64,000 bases of DNA from Nitrospinaceae bacterium (lineage in GTDB: Bacteria > Nitrospinota > Nitrospinia > Nitrospinales > JACRGP01). The notes below the pieces were generated by a model, which saw only the letters and a list, made by a program, of their open reading frames with translations, ran no database searches and was not told where the DNA came from. Shown in pieces: positions 10,304 to 19,278 of the stretch; within the stretch, counting starts at the first letter, position 1; every line of letters starts with the position of its first letter. Both the position numbers and the translations under genes were made by a program. The stretch lies in contig JAJDBB010000075.1 in assembly GCA_029261555.1 (NCBI GenBank), forward strand, positions 44,786 through 108,785, given 5' to 3'.

Positions 10304-10561
10304 AAACGTGAAGTTTCCTTACGACTGCTCCTAGCCGGCGAGGACCGGCCAGGCAAAAGCCTGGAGGCAGAGTAGAAACCGGCAAAACTCCCGGAGGCAG
10401 CAGGAGCGTCTTACATGGAGGGCGCAACGCGCCTGGGAACAATTGGATATCGAACTACTCGCCGCAGGGACAGCAAACAACCTCTTACGGTAAATGCCAC
10501 AAGCCAATTTGGATTTTCGAATCCAAAACACTGCCTCCGGCGCCTCGATGAATGGCGGCTA

Positions 10562-11842
10562 TTAAAGCTTCTCAAGCAGTTTTTGTTTTCTCTGCTGATA
10601 TTCAGCCTCGGAAATTATTTTTTTATTTTTCAGCCCTTTAATATAGCGCAACTTATTTTTTAAAACCGCATAGTCAACCGTCTCATTTTTCGGGACGCCG
10701 CTTTTTTCAGGAGGCGACAGGCTGGAGTCCGGACTTTCCGTCGAGATATCCGGCTCGTCGGCAAAATCGCCAACGCTGTTTTTAACCGGTTCATCATCCA
10801 CTTTGAACAAGCCTTTTTGCGGAAGTCCCGCAATCTTTCCAGCGATATTTCCTCCCGACGTATCGTCGTCGTAAAGCGTCCTTTCGATGAAAGCCGCCTT
10901 TCTCAATTCCGCCAGCCATTCCTTAAATTCATCTTCCCTTTTTGACTGGAAAAGAATATTTTCAATTTCCTTACGGACCTCTGAATACAATTTGGTATGG
11001 CCAGGAATGATTTTTATGGTCCGAATGATATGCAAACCATTCTGGGTTTCGACAACGTCGCTGGTCCCGCCGGGTTCCAATCTGAAAGCGGCGTCTTCAA
11101 ATTCCGCCACCATTTTCCCTTTTTCCAACACGCCCAGCTCTCCGCCGGCGCTGGCGGAGATATCTTCAGAATATTTTTTAGCCATTTCGGCAAAGTCCGC
11201 GCCCCTTCGTATCTTCTTCAAAACCTCCCTGGCCTTGGCGCGCTTGAGGTTTTTATGTTGAAGGGTGGTATCTCCGTCGAAAATAAACAATATATGGCGC
11301 AGGCTTCTTTTCTCCGGGATCCAAAAATCCTTGCCGTGCTCTACGTAATATTTTTTCATCGCCTTTTCGCTGACCTTGATCCGGGTGCGGAGTTGGTAGG
11401 AAAGGGTTTTGGACTTCATGATCTGCTTGCGCAGGCGCTTTTTGTATTGTTCCAAAGAAAGGCCTTCGCGCTTCAGGACTTCTTCCAGGGTTTTATCGTC
11501 CCAATTGTTTTTGGACTTTAAATCGTCCACAGCTTTTTGGATGATACTTTCCGAAACTTTTAAGCCTAACTTTTCTCCGCTTTGCACCTGCAACAATTCG
11601 TCGATCAATCGTTCCAGAGCAAACTCCATCACGGCCCTTTCGCTATCCAGGGAGTTTTCCATAGCCTTTCCAGTTTGATGGAGAATGGCGGCTCGCTCCT
11701 GAACGGAACTAAGAGTGACGATGTCCTCGTTGACCTTGGCCACAATCCGATCCAGAATGACTGCTTCGGCGCCGCGAACGACGGACCAGAAACAAAACGC
11801 CGCTACAAGTCCGTATTTAATTAATTTGCTCAAGGGTCGCAT
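10562..11842 (-). CDS. Periplasmic chaperone / parvulin-type peptidyl-prolyl isomerase (SurA-like) with SHOCT-like C-terminal tail
   Basis: Signal peptide (AAFCFWSVVRGAEA), SurA-N-like region (ILDRIVAKVNEDIVT) and a parvulin domain (RHILF...GGELGVLEKGKMVAEFEDAAF...QNGLHIIR). The C-terminus is LKNKKIISEAEYQQRKQKLLEKL. Confidence 0.85.
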   Translation of the reverse strand: MRPLSKLIKYGLVAAFCFWSVVRGAEAVILDRIVAKVNEDIVTLSSVQERAAILHQTGKAMENSLDSERAVMEFALERLIDELLQVQSGEKLGLKVSESIIQKAVDDLKSKNNWDDKTLEEVLKREGLSLEQYKKRLRKQIMKSKTLSYQLRTRIKVSEKAMKKYYVEHGKDFWIPEKRSLRHILFIFDGDTTLQHKNLKRAKAREVLKKIRRGADFAEMAKKYSEDISASAGGELGVLEKGKMVAEFEDAAFRLEPGGTSDVVETQNGLHIIRTIKIIPGHTKLYSEVRKEIENILFQSKREDEFKEWLAELRKAAFIERTLYDDDTSGGNIAGKIAGLPQKGLFKVDDEPVKNSVGDFADEPDISTESPDSSLSPPEKSGVPKNETVDYAVLKNKLRYIKGLKNKKIISEAEYQQRKQKLLEKL

Positions 11843-12797
11843 AATTTATCTTTATATCCGCTTTATTTTTGATTCCCAGCAACCAATCCTTGAACGCCTT
11901 ACCCTGGCGTTCCAGAACCATTTTTTTGAAAATATTTTTTTTCGACTCGGGAAATTTCATTTTTCGTTCGGGTCGCTTGTCGACCACCTTGAAAATATGA
12001 TACCCGTGAGGGGTAAAAATCACCTCGCTCAAGGCGCCTTTCTTCAGGTCGAACAGGCTGTCGAATTCCTCCGGCATCTGCCCCTTTTCAAAGTACCCGA
12101 GATCGCCTCCCCGGGCGCCCTCGGGACCTCGGGAATTCAGACGGGCCAACTCCTTAAAGTCGCCTTTTTTTTTCTTCAATTGGGCCAAAAGTTTTCTAGC
12201 TTCGGTTTCAGTTTCCACCATGATATGAAGCGCGCGGATTTCCTCGCCTTTTAAAAACTCCTCCGGATGATTTTCAAAATAATCCGCCAACTCATCCTCC
12301 CCAACCGTTACCTTACTATCCACCACTTGCTCGATCAATTTTTTTATAAGAAGCAAGTTTTTAACCTCGTTCTCCCATTCGCTAACGGTCATTCCCTGAA
12401 GTTTCACATAGGTTTGAGTAGAATCCGGAGATTCGTCTTCGCGCATATCCGCCAGAGTTTTTTCGTACTCTTCGCGGTTGAGTTTCACCTTAAGTTTTTT
12501 CGCTTCCTGAATCAGCAGTTCATCGCGAATCATCTGGTTGAGGGTATGCGTCTTGAGCCAGATAATTTTTTCCGGAGTCAACGTATCTTTTTTCGCCCGA
12601 TAAACGTTTTTAACGTATCGTAGTTTCTTTTCAAATTCCGTCCGTACAATTTGGCGACCGTTGACCTTCGCCACTCCGGAAAAATTCTGATCCTTTAATG
12701 GATTTGCGGTTTCAGCGCGATCCAGAAGAGCCACAAAAAAAAGAATCCAGAATAGTAAGATTACCCTGGGATATAACTTATTTTTCTTCGACGTCAT
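11817..12797 (-). CDS. Parvulin-type peptidyl-prolyl cis-trans isomerase (PrsA/PpiD-like), secreted or membrane-anchored
   Basis: N-terminal hydrophobic segment. Parvulin core IRALHIMV...GGDLGYFEKGQMPEEFDSLFDLKKGALSEVIFTPHGYHIFKV. Confidence 0.85.
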   Translation of the reverse strand: MTSKKNKLYPRVILLFWILFFVALLDRAETANPLKDQNFSGVAKVNGRQIVRTEFEKKLRYVKNVYRAKKDTLTPEKIIWLKTHTLNQMIRDELLIQEAKKLKVKLNREEYEKTLADMREDESPDSTQTYVKLQGMTVSEWENEVKNLLLIKKLIEQVVDSKVTVGEDELADYFENHPEEFLKGEEIRALHIMVETETEARKLLAQLKKKKGDFKELARLNSRGPEGARGGDLGYFEKGQMPEEFDSLFDLKKGALSEVIFTPHGYHIFKVVDKRPERKMKFPESKKNIFKKMVLERQGKAFKDWLLGIKNKADIKINYATLEQIN

Positions 12798-15700
12798 GGC
12801 AAGCCTCGTTCAGCAACCGGACCAAATAAAAAATCACGACGTCCAAATCTTTCCGCCACCCTTCCCGCTTAAGACTCAATCCCAGTTGATACTCGGAAAC
12901 CAGTTTTAACTGATCGTCCAATATTCCCGCCAGTTTGGACGACGCAAGCGGGGAGCCGTCGGCGATGGTCATGACCGCCGTGTTTCTCCGCAACAGTACC
13001 TTGGAAATATGCAACTTTTGACATAAAAGTTTTACCCGCACCAACGCGATCAACTTTTCCGCGGAATCGGGAGGAGTTCCAAAACGATCCGACCACTCTT
13101 CGGCAAGCGGTTCCAGATACTCCAGATCGACCAGTTGCATCCTGCGATAAGCCTCCAGCCTTTGGTTCAAATCCGGAATGTAGTCTTTTGGGATATAACC
13201 CTTCACTTCCAGATTAATTTCCGGCTCGAAAATACTTTCGACCTTTTTTCCTTTAAGTTCCTTGACCGTTTCCTCCATCATCTTGGTGTACATGTCGAAT
13301 CCGATGCTGTTGATGTGACCGGACTGGTTGTGTCCCAGCATGTTTCCCGTCCCGCGAATTTCCATGTCCCGCGCCGCCAGTTGGAATCCCGAACCCAACT
13401 CGCTCATTTCCTCAATGGCGGCCAGCCGCTTTCGGGCCTCGGTGGAAATCGCCATGGCGCCGGGAATCAATAGATAAGCGTAAGCCTGGAGCCGGGACCG
13501 CCCCACCCGCCCGCGCAATTGATAAAGCTGGCTCAGGCCAAATTGATCTGCCCGGTTGATGATGATGGTATTGGCGGATGGGATGTCCAATCCCGATTCA
13601 ACGATGGTGGTGCAGAGCAAAAGGTCGATATCCCGATTGACGAACTGCGTCATGACCTTCTCCAATTGATGCTCCGGCAACTGGCCGTGGGCGACGCCGA
13701 TGCGGATATCGGGCACAATTTTTTTTAGTTTTTCAGCTACGGAGTGAATGCTTCGGACCTTGTTATGAACGAAATAAATTTGCCCGCCGCGCTTGTGCTC
13801 CCGGAGGATGGCCTCCTGAATCAGATGTTCCTCGAACTTCCGAACGTAGGTTTTAATCGCCAGCCGGTCGATGGGCGGGGTCTCGATCACGCTCAGGTCG
13901 CGCACGCCCATCAGGGAAAAATGCAGGGTCCGCGGAATCGGCGTCGCCGTCAACGTCAATACGTCGGCGGACAAGCGTAATTCTTTCAGTTTTTCTTTGT
14001 GGCGCACGCCAAACCTTTGCTCCTCGTCGACGACGACCAGACCAATGTTGGCAAACTCAACGTCCTTCGACAGCAAACGGTGGGTGCCTATGATTACGTC
14101 CAGTTCCCCGCTCTTCAATTTCGCCAGGGTTTTCTTTTGCTCGCCCGGCGAGCGAAAACGGTTGACCATGTCGATGTTCACGGGATAAGGCCCGAACCGT
14201 TCCTTGAACGTGTTGAGATGCTGTTGCGCCAATACCGTAGTGGGCACCAGCACGGCCACCTGTTTCTTATCCTGGACCACGCGAAAGGCGGCCCGCATGG
14301 CGACCTCGGTTTTTCCGTAACCGACGTCCCCACACACCAGGCGATCCATCGGTTTGTCCTTCTCCAGATCCTCAAAAATTTCCTCGATGGCCCGGTTTTG
14401 ATCCTCGGTTTCCTCGAACTCAAACGTGTCGCTGAATTCCTGCGTCAGGATCGGGTTGGCGGGATAGGAATGACCCTCGGCGGTTTCTCTGGAAGCGTAA
14501 AGCTTCACCAGGCCCTCGGCCATTTGACGAATGGAGTCTTTAATCTTCTGTTTCTGCCGCTTCCAGGAAACGCTTCCCAATTTGCTCAAGGGAGGTGGAG
14601 CGTCCTGGGAGCCGATATATTTCTGGATATGGGCCAAACCGTCCATGGGGATATAAAGTTTTTCTCCCTCTGCAAATTGGATCTCCAGAAACTCGCCGCC
14701 GCCCACGCCTGTGGTCAATTCCTTCGTTCCCTCGTACCTGCCAATTCCATAATCAATATGCACTAAAAAATCGCCGATCTTTAAATCCTTGAACCCGCGC
14801 TGGAAACTTTGCGACTTTGGCTTTTTGCGACGCTTTTGTTTTTGCGAACGGCCAAAAATTTCATGCTCGGCTACAAACGCCTCGAACCGACCGTCGATAG
14901 AAAATCCCGAACTGAGTCGCCCCGGCTCCACGCCAACCTCAACGCCGTAATTGTCCAACAGATCCCGAACCCTTTTGACCTGAATCTTAGTGGGGGCTGC
15001 AACGGTAACGGCATTCCCCGCTTCCTTCCATTCCATCGCTTGTTCGGCAAAAGCTTCAAACCGGCCCTGCAACATGGGAGTACGCCTGGCTTCGAATTGA
15101 ACGACATGACCCAGACTCTCCGGCGAAGTCCTAAGAGTGTTGAACCCGATCCTGGCGGATGCCTCCAGACGCTTTAATAATTCTTCTCTGGGCATGTACA
15201 ATTTTTCCGGTTCCGGGACGGCGTTCTGTTCATCCAGGGAATGCTCGTACTCCGCCTGCACCAGATTTTCAAAATCCTGTACATTCGACAGGAGAAGCTC
15301 CTCCTCGTCCAGGACGATCAACGTCTCCGGCGGCAGATAGTCCAGCAGGGTTTTCATGTCGGAATAAAAAAACGGCGCGAGCGTTTCCATGCCGGAAAAA
15401 TTCCCCAGCCATTGAAGCTTGTCAGACAACTCCTTAAAAGCGTGCTCCTCGGTATGGTGCTGTTTTGCAAACGCGCGGATATTTTTCAGCCCCTGTTCCT
15501 TTTCGGCGGCGGAAAGGCATAGCTCCCGGACCGGAAGTATTTTGGTCTCCTGGATTTCCTTGATGGAGGTCTGCGAATCCAGATTAAAGACGCGAATCGA
15601 TTCCACCTGGTCGCCAAAAAATTCAATACGGACGGGATTGGAATGCGAGGGCAGAAAAACGTCCAGAATATCGCCGCGCAGGCTGAACTCGCCGCGTTCC

Positions 15701-16230
15701 TCTACCAGAGAAGCGCGGGTGTAGCCATTGTCCATCAGGCAGGTCTCCAGAAATTCACGCTCAATGGAATCCCCCGATTTTATAGGAAAGGTCAACTTGC
15801 CGAGGGTTTCCATGGAGATCACGCGTTGCATGAGCGCCTCCACGGGGGCGATTAACAAGGGAACTTTCCCCGTCGTCAATTGATCGAGGATTTCCAAACG
15901 TTCGCCGCTGATTTCGCAAAGCGGCGACAACGGCTCGTAAGGCGTCAATTCCCAGGAAGGAAAAAAGCGCGGTTCCAGCTTGATTTTCTCCCGGCGGGCA
16001 AAAAACTGAATATCGCCCAGCAGAGACTCCCCGGACAAAGGATCGGCGGAGACAACGAGTATGGGGCGCGAAAGCTTTTTGTAGAGTTGGCTCAGTACCT
16101 GGGCGCGGGCCGCCGGCGGCAAGCCTTCCAGCAAAAGCTTTTGACCGGGCGCGTTCAGGCGGTCTACGACCCTTTGCAGTTTTTCGTCAAATGTTTCGGT
16201 TTCGAATTTGGAATCGAGGGCTTGCGGCAT
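12778..16230 (-). CDS. mfd: Transcription-repair coupling factor
   Basis: 1150 aa. UvrB-homology N-terminus, CarD-like RNAP-interaction region (FQRGFKDLKIGDFLVHIDYGIGRY), SF2 motifs GDVGYGKTEVA, VVDEEQRFG and TLTATPIPRTL, plus a TRCF C-terminal domain. Confidence 0.97.
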   Translation of the reverse strand: MPQALDSKFETETFDEKLQRVVDRLNAPGQKLLLEGLPPAARAQVLSQLYKKLSRPILVVSADPLSGESLLGDIQFFARREKIKLEPRFFPSWELTPYEPLSPLCEISGERLEILDQLTTGKVPLLIAPVEALMQRVISMETLGKLTFPIKSGDSIEREFLETCLMDNGYTRASLVEERGEFSLRGDILDVFLPSHSNPVRIEFFGDQVESIRVFNLDSQTSIKEIQETKILPVRELCLSAAEKEQGLKNIRAFAKQHHTEEHAFKELSDKLQWLGNFSGMETLAPFFYSDMKTLLDYLPPETLIVLDEEELLLSNVQDFENLVQAEYEHSLDEQNAVPEPEKLYMPREELLKRLEASARIGFNTLRTSPESLGHVVQFEARRTPMLQGRFEAFAEQAMEWKEAGNAVTVAAPTKIQVKRVRDLLDNYGVEVGVEPGRLSSGFSIDGRFEAFVAEHEIFGRSQKQKRRKKPKSQSFQRGFKDLKIGDFLVHIDYGIGRYEGTKELTTGVGGGEFLEIQFAEGEKLYIPMDGLAHIQKYIGSQDAPPPLSKLGSVSWKRQKQKIKDSIRQMAEGLVKLYASRETAEGHSYPANPILTQEFSDTFEFEETEDQNRAIEEIFEDLEKDKPMDRLVCGDVGYGKTEVAMRAAFRVVQDKKQVAVLVPTTVLAQQHLNTFKERFGPYPVNIDMVNRFRSPGEQKKTLAKLKSGELDVIIGTHRLLSKDVEFANIGLVVVDEEQRFGVRHKEKLKELRLSADVLTLTATPIPRTLHFSLMGVRDLSVIETPPIDRLAIKTYVRKFEEHLIQEAILREHKRGGQIYFVHNKVRSIHSVAEKLKKIVPDIRIGVAHGQLPEHQLEKVMTQFVNRDIDLLLCTTIVESGLDIPSANTIIINRADQFGLSQLYQLRGRVGRSRLQAYAYLLIPGAMAISTEARKRLAAIEEMSELGSGFQLAARDMEIRGTGNMLGHNQSGHINSIGFDMYTKMMEETVKELKGKKVESIFEPEINLEVKGYIPKDYIPDLNQRLEAYRRMQLVDLEYLEPLAEEWSDRFGTPPDSAEKLIALVRVKLLCQKLHISKVLLRRNTAVMTIADGSPLASSKLAGILDDQLKLVSEYQLGLSLKREGWRKDLDVVIFYLVRLLNEACHDVEEK

Positions 16231-16280
16231 GACTTTAATAAAAAGAGAGAAGTGCGGCGGGCGTTATATTTATTCTTCTG

Positions 16281-16646
16281 TTAACCCAGTGGATCTTCCG
16301 GAATCAGATGTTCCCATTTCGGGTCGCCCTTGGGCTTGAAGTTCACGGTAACAATGAAGGAATCGCCTTCATAAAAATTGAGCTTAAAATTTCCGCCGCC
16401 GAACTGCTCATAAATGTATTGTTCTGGCCGGTCCTTCCACTGCTCAAAATCTTCCAACCTGTATTTGGCGATTTCGTAGAAAACGATAATACTGCCTTCG
16501 AAGACGCCGACCAGTAGAGTCAGGCGCACTCGGCTGTATATCTCACCAAAACGCGCGTCCATTTCCTCCTGGCTGGGATCGCGTTTTAATTCACGACGCA
16601 GTTTGGGCTTGTAATAATCCCGGAATTCTTTTTGTACCCAGAACAA
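16281..16646 (-). CDS. Hypothetical protein (start uncertain; non-ATG start in ORF track)
   Basis: 121-aa ORF between the fibre locus and mfd on the same strand. One hydrophobic stretch (LTLLVGVFEGSIIVFY). No recognisable motif and no clear RBS. Confidence 0.45.
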   Translation of the reverse strand: MFWVQKEFRDYYKPKLRRELKRDPSQEEMDARFGEIYSRVRLTLLVGVFEGSIIVFYEIAKYRLEDFEQWKDRPEQYIYEQFGGGNFKLNFYEGDSFIVTVNFKPKGDPKWEHLIPEDPLG

Positions 16647-16747
16647 TTTAGATAGTTGGAACGCGAGGCGTTAAAGCGTTTAAGAGGGACGGTTGGAAAA
16701 AACCTTGATGTATTTTTATAACATAAAGGCTGGCGCCGCCGCTACCA

Positions 16748-17509
16748 TTATCGCCGACGCTCGGCAAGCGGGTCTATTTTTTCAAATCCCAGTGGAATCT
16801 GAGGCGGCTTAGAGAGGCCGACCTGGCTGAGGTATTCATCAAAAGCCGGGTCTTCATAAATTTCTTTAGGGATCGGCAGGCTTCGCCTTTTTGTATAATG
16901 GCTCCTCCCTTCTTCCTCACCGTCAATGGGCAAGCCATATTTCTTTTTGAACTCATCGGGAATGTCCACATTACTATCCAGCAGATAATTCATGATCGCC
17001 GGTTCCATGAACACATGCGATGGCAGTTTGGCCAGGGGATGGTCGGGATAAATCTCTTCCGGTTTGGGCAGAGGCGGCGGGCGAACCCAACGTTTTTTGC
17101 CCTTGGGCTCCAGAGAGGCTCGCCGTTCCGCCGGCGCGGCCTTGCCAACAACCTTCCGCGAGGCCGACGAAGCGGGTACGTACTGGCCGATACCGGTGAT
17201 CTTGATCTTGCTCCCGGCGATTTTTTCGTTCCACAACTCAACTTTGGAAAAATCGCGCAACAATTTCTTAACCAGCGCTTTCCAATCGGGAGCGCTGATC
17301 TCTACGGTGACAGGCGTCTCGTTCAACTCCTCGCGCAGGGAAAATTTTATGCCGCTTTTCTCGCCGATGGACTGCAACACCTTCGATAGTGGCTGGTTGA
17401 TGGATTTGAAATGGACGCCGTCTTTGTTCTGCTTTAGTTCAAAGTCCGCCGCCATGACGGGATGGACCAGGAATAAAAAAAGAAGTAGGGCCAGTAGCTT
17501 CATACGCAT
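16748..17509 (-). CDS. Secreted fibre-partner protein, copy 1 (STN/FecR-C-like N-domain, Pro-rich linker, conserved C-domain)
   Basis: Signal peptide MRMKLLALLLFLFLVHPVMA. The N-domain INQPLSKVLQSIGEKSGIKFSLREELNETPVTVEI...WKALVKKLL fits the secretin/TonB-receptor STN pattern. Followed by KKRWVRPPPLPKPEEIYPDHP. Close paralogue of 21238-21990. Confidence 0.8.
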   Translation of the reverse strand: MRMKLLALLLFLFLVHPVMAADFELKQNKDGVHFKSINQPLSKVLQSIGEKSGIKFSLREELNETPVTVEISAPDWKALVKKLLRDFSKVELWNEKIAGSKIKITGIGQYVPASSASRKVVGKAAPAERRASLEPKGKKRWVRPPPLPKPEEIYPDHPLAKLPSHVFMEPAIMNYLLDSNVDIPDEFKKKYGLPIDGEEEGRSHYTKRRSLPIPKEIYEDPAFDEYLSQVGLSKPPQIPLGFEKIDPLAERRR

Positions 17510-17520
17510 GGTCTATTTAC

Positions 17521-17585
17521 CTGATTTTACTGGATTGCTTCACGGAGCCTGTCCTGAGCTTGCCGAAGAGTTCGCAATGACGTAA
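17521..17585. repeat. REP/MITE-like palindromic element (ggattgcttc ... tcgcaatgacg family)
   Basis: ctggattgcttcacggagcctgtcctgagcttgccgaagagttcgcaatgacg has ATTGC/GCAAT termini. A second member with the same termini is at 19010-19050. Lies between the fibre A terminator and partner 1. Confidence 0.5.
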
Positions 17586-17591
17586 GGAAAA

Positions 17592-17628
17592 AAGCCGGGC
17601 GGGGGAAAACGATCCCCCCCACCCGCTA
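17592..17628 (-). terminator. Rho-independent terminator-like hairpin directly after fibre gene A
   Basis: Minus strand reads AGCGGGTGGGGGGGATCGTTTTCCCCCGCCCGGCT followed by TTTTTTCC. The same hairpin family follows fibre genes B and C. Confidence 0.65.
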
Positions 17629-17636
17629 GGTTAGAT

Positions 17637-18896
17637 TTAAAAGTCCTCAATCAAACCGCCGGCCGCCCAATCAAAGTTGGCAGGGGCGAAACGTACCAAC
17701 CCGCCGCTTACGCTGGAAGAGGTTCCGAGGGCGCTTCCCTGTTTTCCGCCGCTGACACTGGAATTAAGTCCAGAAGCGGAATTTAAGTTTCCGCCGCTGA
17801 CACTGGATTCAATGCCGGAGGCGGTATTAGAGAATCCGCCGCTTACGCTGGCAGAAGGTCCGGAAGCTATGTTCGATGTTCCACCACTGACACTGGAGGT
17901 GACGTCAAAGGCAATATTCAATGCCCCGCCACTGACGCTGGATATAGCGCCGGAGGCGGTACTTGATTTTCCACCGCTGACGCTGGCTTGAACTCCAGAA
18001 GCGATATTAAAGGTGCCTCCGCTGATGCTAGAATCCGTTCCGGAGGCTAGGTTGGAGTTTCCGCCGCTAACAATGGAGTACAATCCACTAGCGGTATTTT
18101 GTCTTCCACCCATGACCGAGGCATAAGCATTTGAGGAAATGTTATTCAGCCCAGCGACAATGCTTCCGTAGCTAGAATAGTTTGCGCCTTTGCCAGCAAT
18201 CAAGTTGTGCGAACCGGTCTTAATATTACCAAAAAGGTCGTTGACCTCGTTGTAACCAATAAAGAGGTTGCCGAGTCCGTTGACGGAACCGTCTGTGTCG
18301 CCAGAACCATCCACAATTTGCAAGTTCATGTTGGTGAATAGCAGGCGGTCGAAACCATTGGCGTCGGTGTCGCGCGTGACTCCGCTGAAACGGTCTTGAA
18401 GTTCCGTAATATCTGCTTCCACAAACGTCAGGTCGGCTGCTGCGCCATCTGCTCCGTCGGCGCCATCTGCTCCATTGGCTCCCGCTGGACCGGTCAAACC
18501 AATCGGTCCAATCAGTCCTTGTGGACCAGCAGGTCCAGCGGGACCGGCGACGCCTTGAATACCCTGTACCCCATCTACCCCGTCAGCGCCATCTGCTCCA
18601 TTGGCTCCCGCTGGACCGGTCAAACCAATCGGTCCAATCAATCCCTGCGCTCCGTCGTTTCCATCAGCTCCGTCAGCGCCATCAGCGCCTGCTGGGCCCT
18701 GCGGGCCGGGGGTCAGTTGAATGTTATCCAATTGAGTCTGGAGACTAGCTACCAAAATTTGAAGCGCGGCTACTTGTTGCGACAGGCTGTTACCATTTCC
18801 ATTTCCGTTCCCATTTCCCGCTTGGGCATTTGCCCCGACGAACAACAGGCTGACCATTAAAACCATGGCCATTTCAGTTTTGAGAATGCGTTTCAT
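17637..18896 (-). CDS. Secreted collagen-like / beta-repeat fibre protein, paralogue A (419 aa)
   Basis: Cleavable-looking signal peptide (VGANAQA/GNGNGNGN) and coiled coil [24 protein letters not shown]. Uninterrupted G-X-Y from about aa 64 to 151 (18444-18707). Conserved neck [34 protein letters not shown]. About 11 repeats of the 15-aa unit SSVSGGxxNxASGxx, then a C-terminal DWAAGGLIEDF. Confidence 0.9.
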   Translation of the reverse strand: MKRILKTEMAMVLMVSLLFVGANAQAGNGNGNGNGNSLSQQVAALQILVASLQTQLDNIQLTPGPQGPAGADGADGADGNDGAQGLIGPIGLTGPAGANGADGADGVDGVQGIQGVAGPAGPAGPQGLIGPIGLTGPAGANGADGADGADGAAADLTFVEADITELQDRFSGVTRDTDANGFDRLLFTNMNLQIVDGSGDTDGSVNGLGNLFIGYNEVNDLFGNIKTGSHNLIAGKGANYSSYGSIVAGLNNISSNAYASVMGGRQNTASGLYSIVSGGNSNLASGTDSSISGGTFNIASGVQASVSGGKSSTASGAISSVSGGALNIAFDVTSSVSGGTSNIASGPSASVSGGFSNTASGIESSVSGGNLNSASGLNSSVSGGKQGSALGTSSSVSGGLVRFAPANFDWAAGGLIEDF

Positions 18897-19007
18897 TTAA
18901 CCCCCAATTCAAATAAAGAAATATAATTTGATGAATCAATCAAGTTGGAAAATATATATAAATTTCGGTTTATTATTTTCAATAAATAATCTGCGGCTCT
19001 TCATTTT

Positions 19008-19236
19008 TTTCTGGATTGCTTCGTCACTTCCGTTCCTCGCAATGACGCATGGACCGTCGTCGCGAGCGACCCACCGGCGAAGCTCCGGGTTATTATTCCC
19101 CCCTGCAAGGGGGGCGAGGGGGGTTGTTTCTCTAAAATTTTCAATGGTCGTCGGGTAGCAGTTTCAAAAAGAAAAACCGATCCATCAAATTTCTTAAAGG
19201 AAGAATCACCCCAACCCTCTTTGCAAGAGGGAGCAA
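19008..19236. repeat. Cluster of GC-rich palindromic (REP-like) elements occupying the slot where a partner gene would be expected after fibre gene B
   Basis: Contains ggattgcttcgtcacttccgttcctcgcaatgacg, the palindromes cccccctgcaagggggg/cgagggggg and ccctctttgcaagaggg. The ORFs here (e.g. 19001-19312) translate to the low-information ...ASLRGTEVTKQS / PLQGG peptides typical of such repeats. Confidence 0.55.
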
Positions 19237-19270
19237 AGCCGGGCGGGGGAAAACGATCCCCCACCCGGCT
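19237..19270 (-). terminator. Terminator-like hairpin after fibre gene B (weak U-tract)
   Basis: Minus strand reads AGCCGGGTGGGGGATCGTTTTCCCCCGCCCGGCT followed by TTGC. Homologous to the hairpins at 17592-17628 and 22027-22060. Confidence 0.5.
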
Positions 19271-19278
19271 ATTTGGAA

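Noticed and set aside
10331-10531. 66-aa minus-strand ORF in the tilS-surA spacer.
   Set aside because: It has implausible Cys/Arg/Ala-rich composition and no RBS. The region is better explained as structured non-coding DNA.
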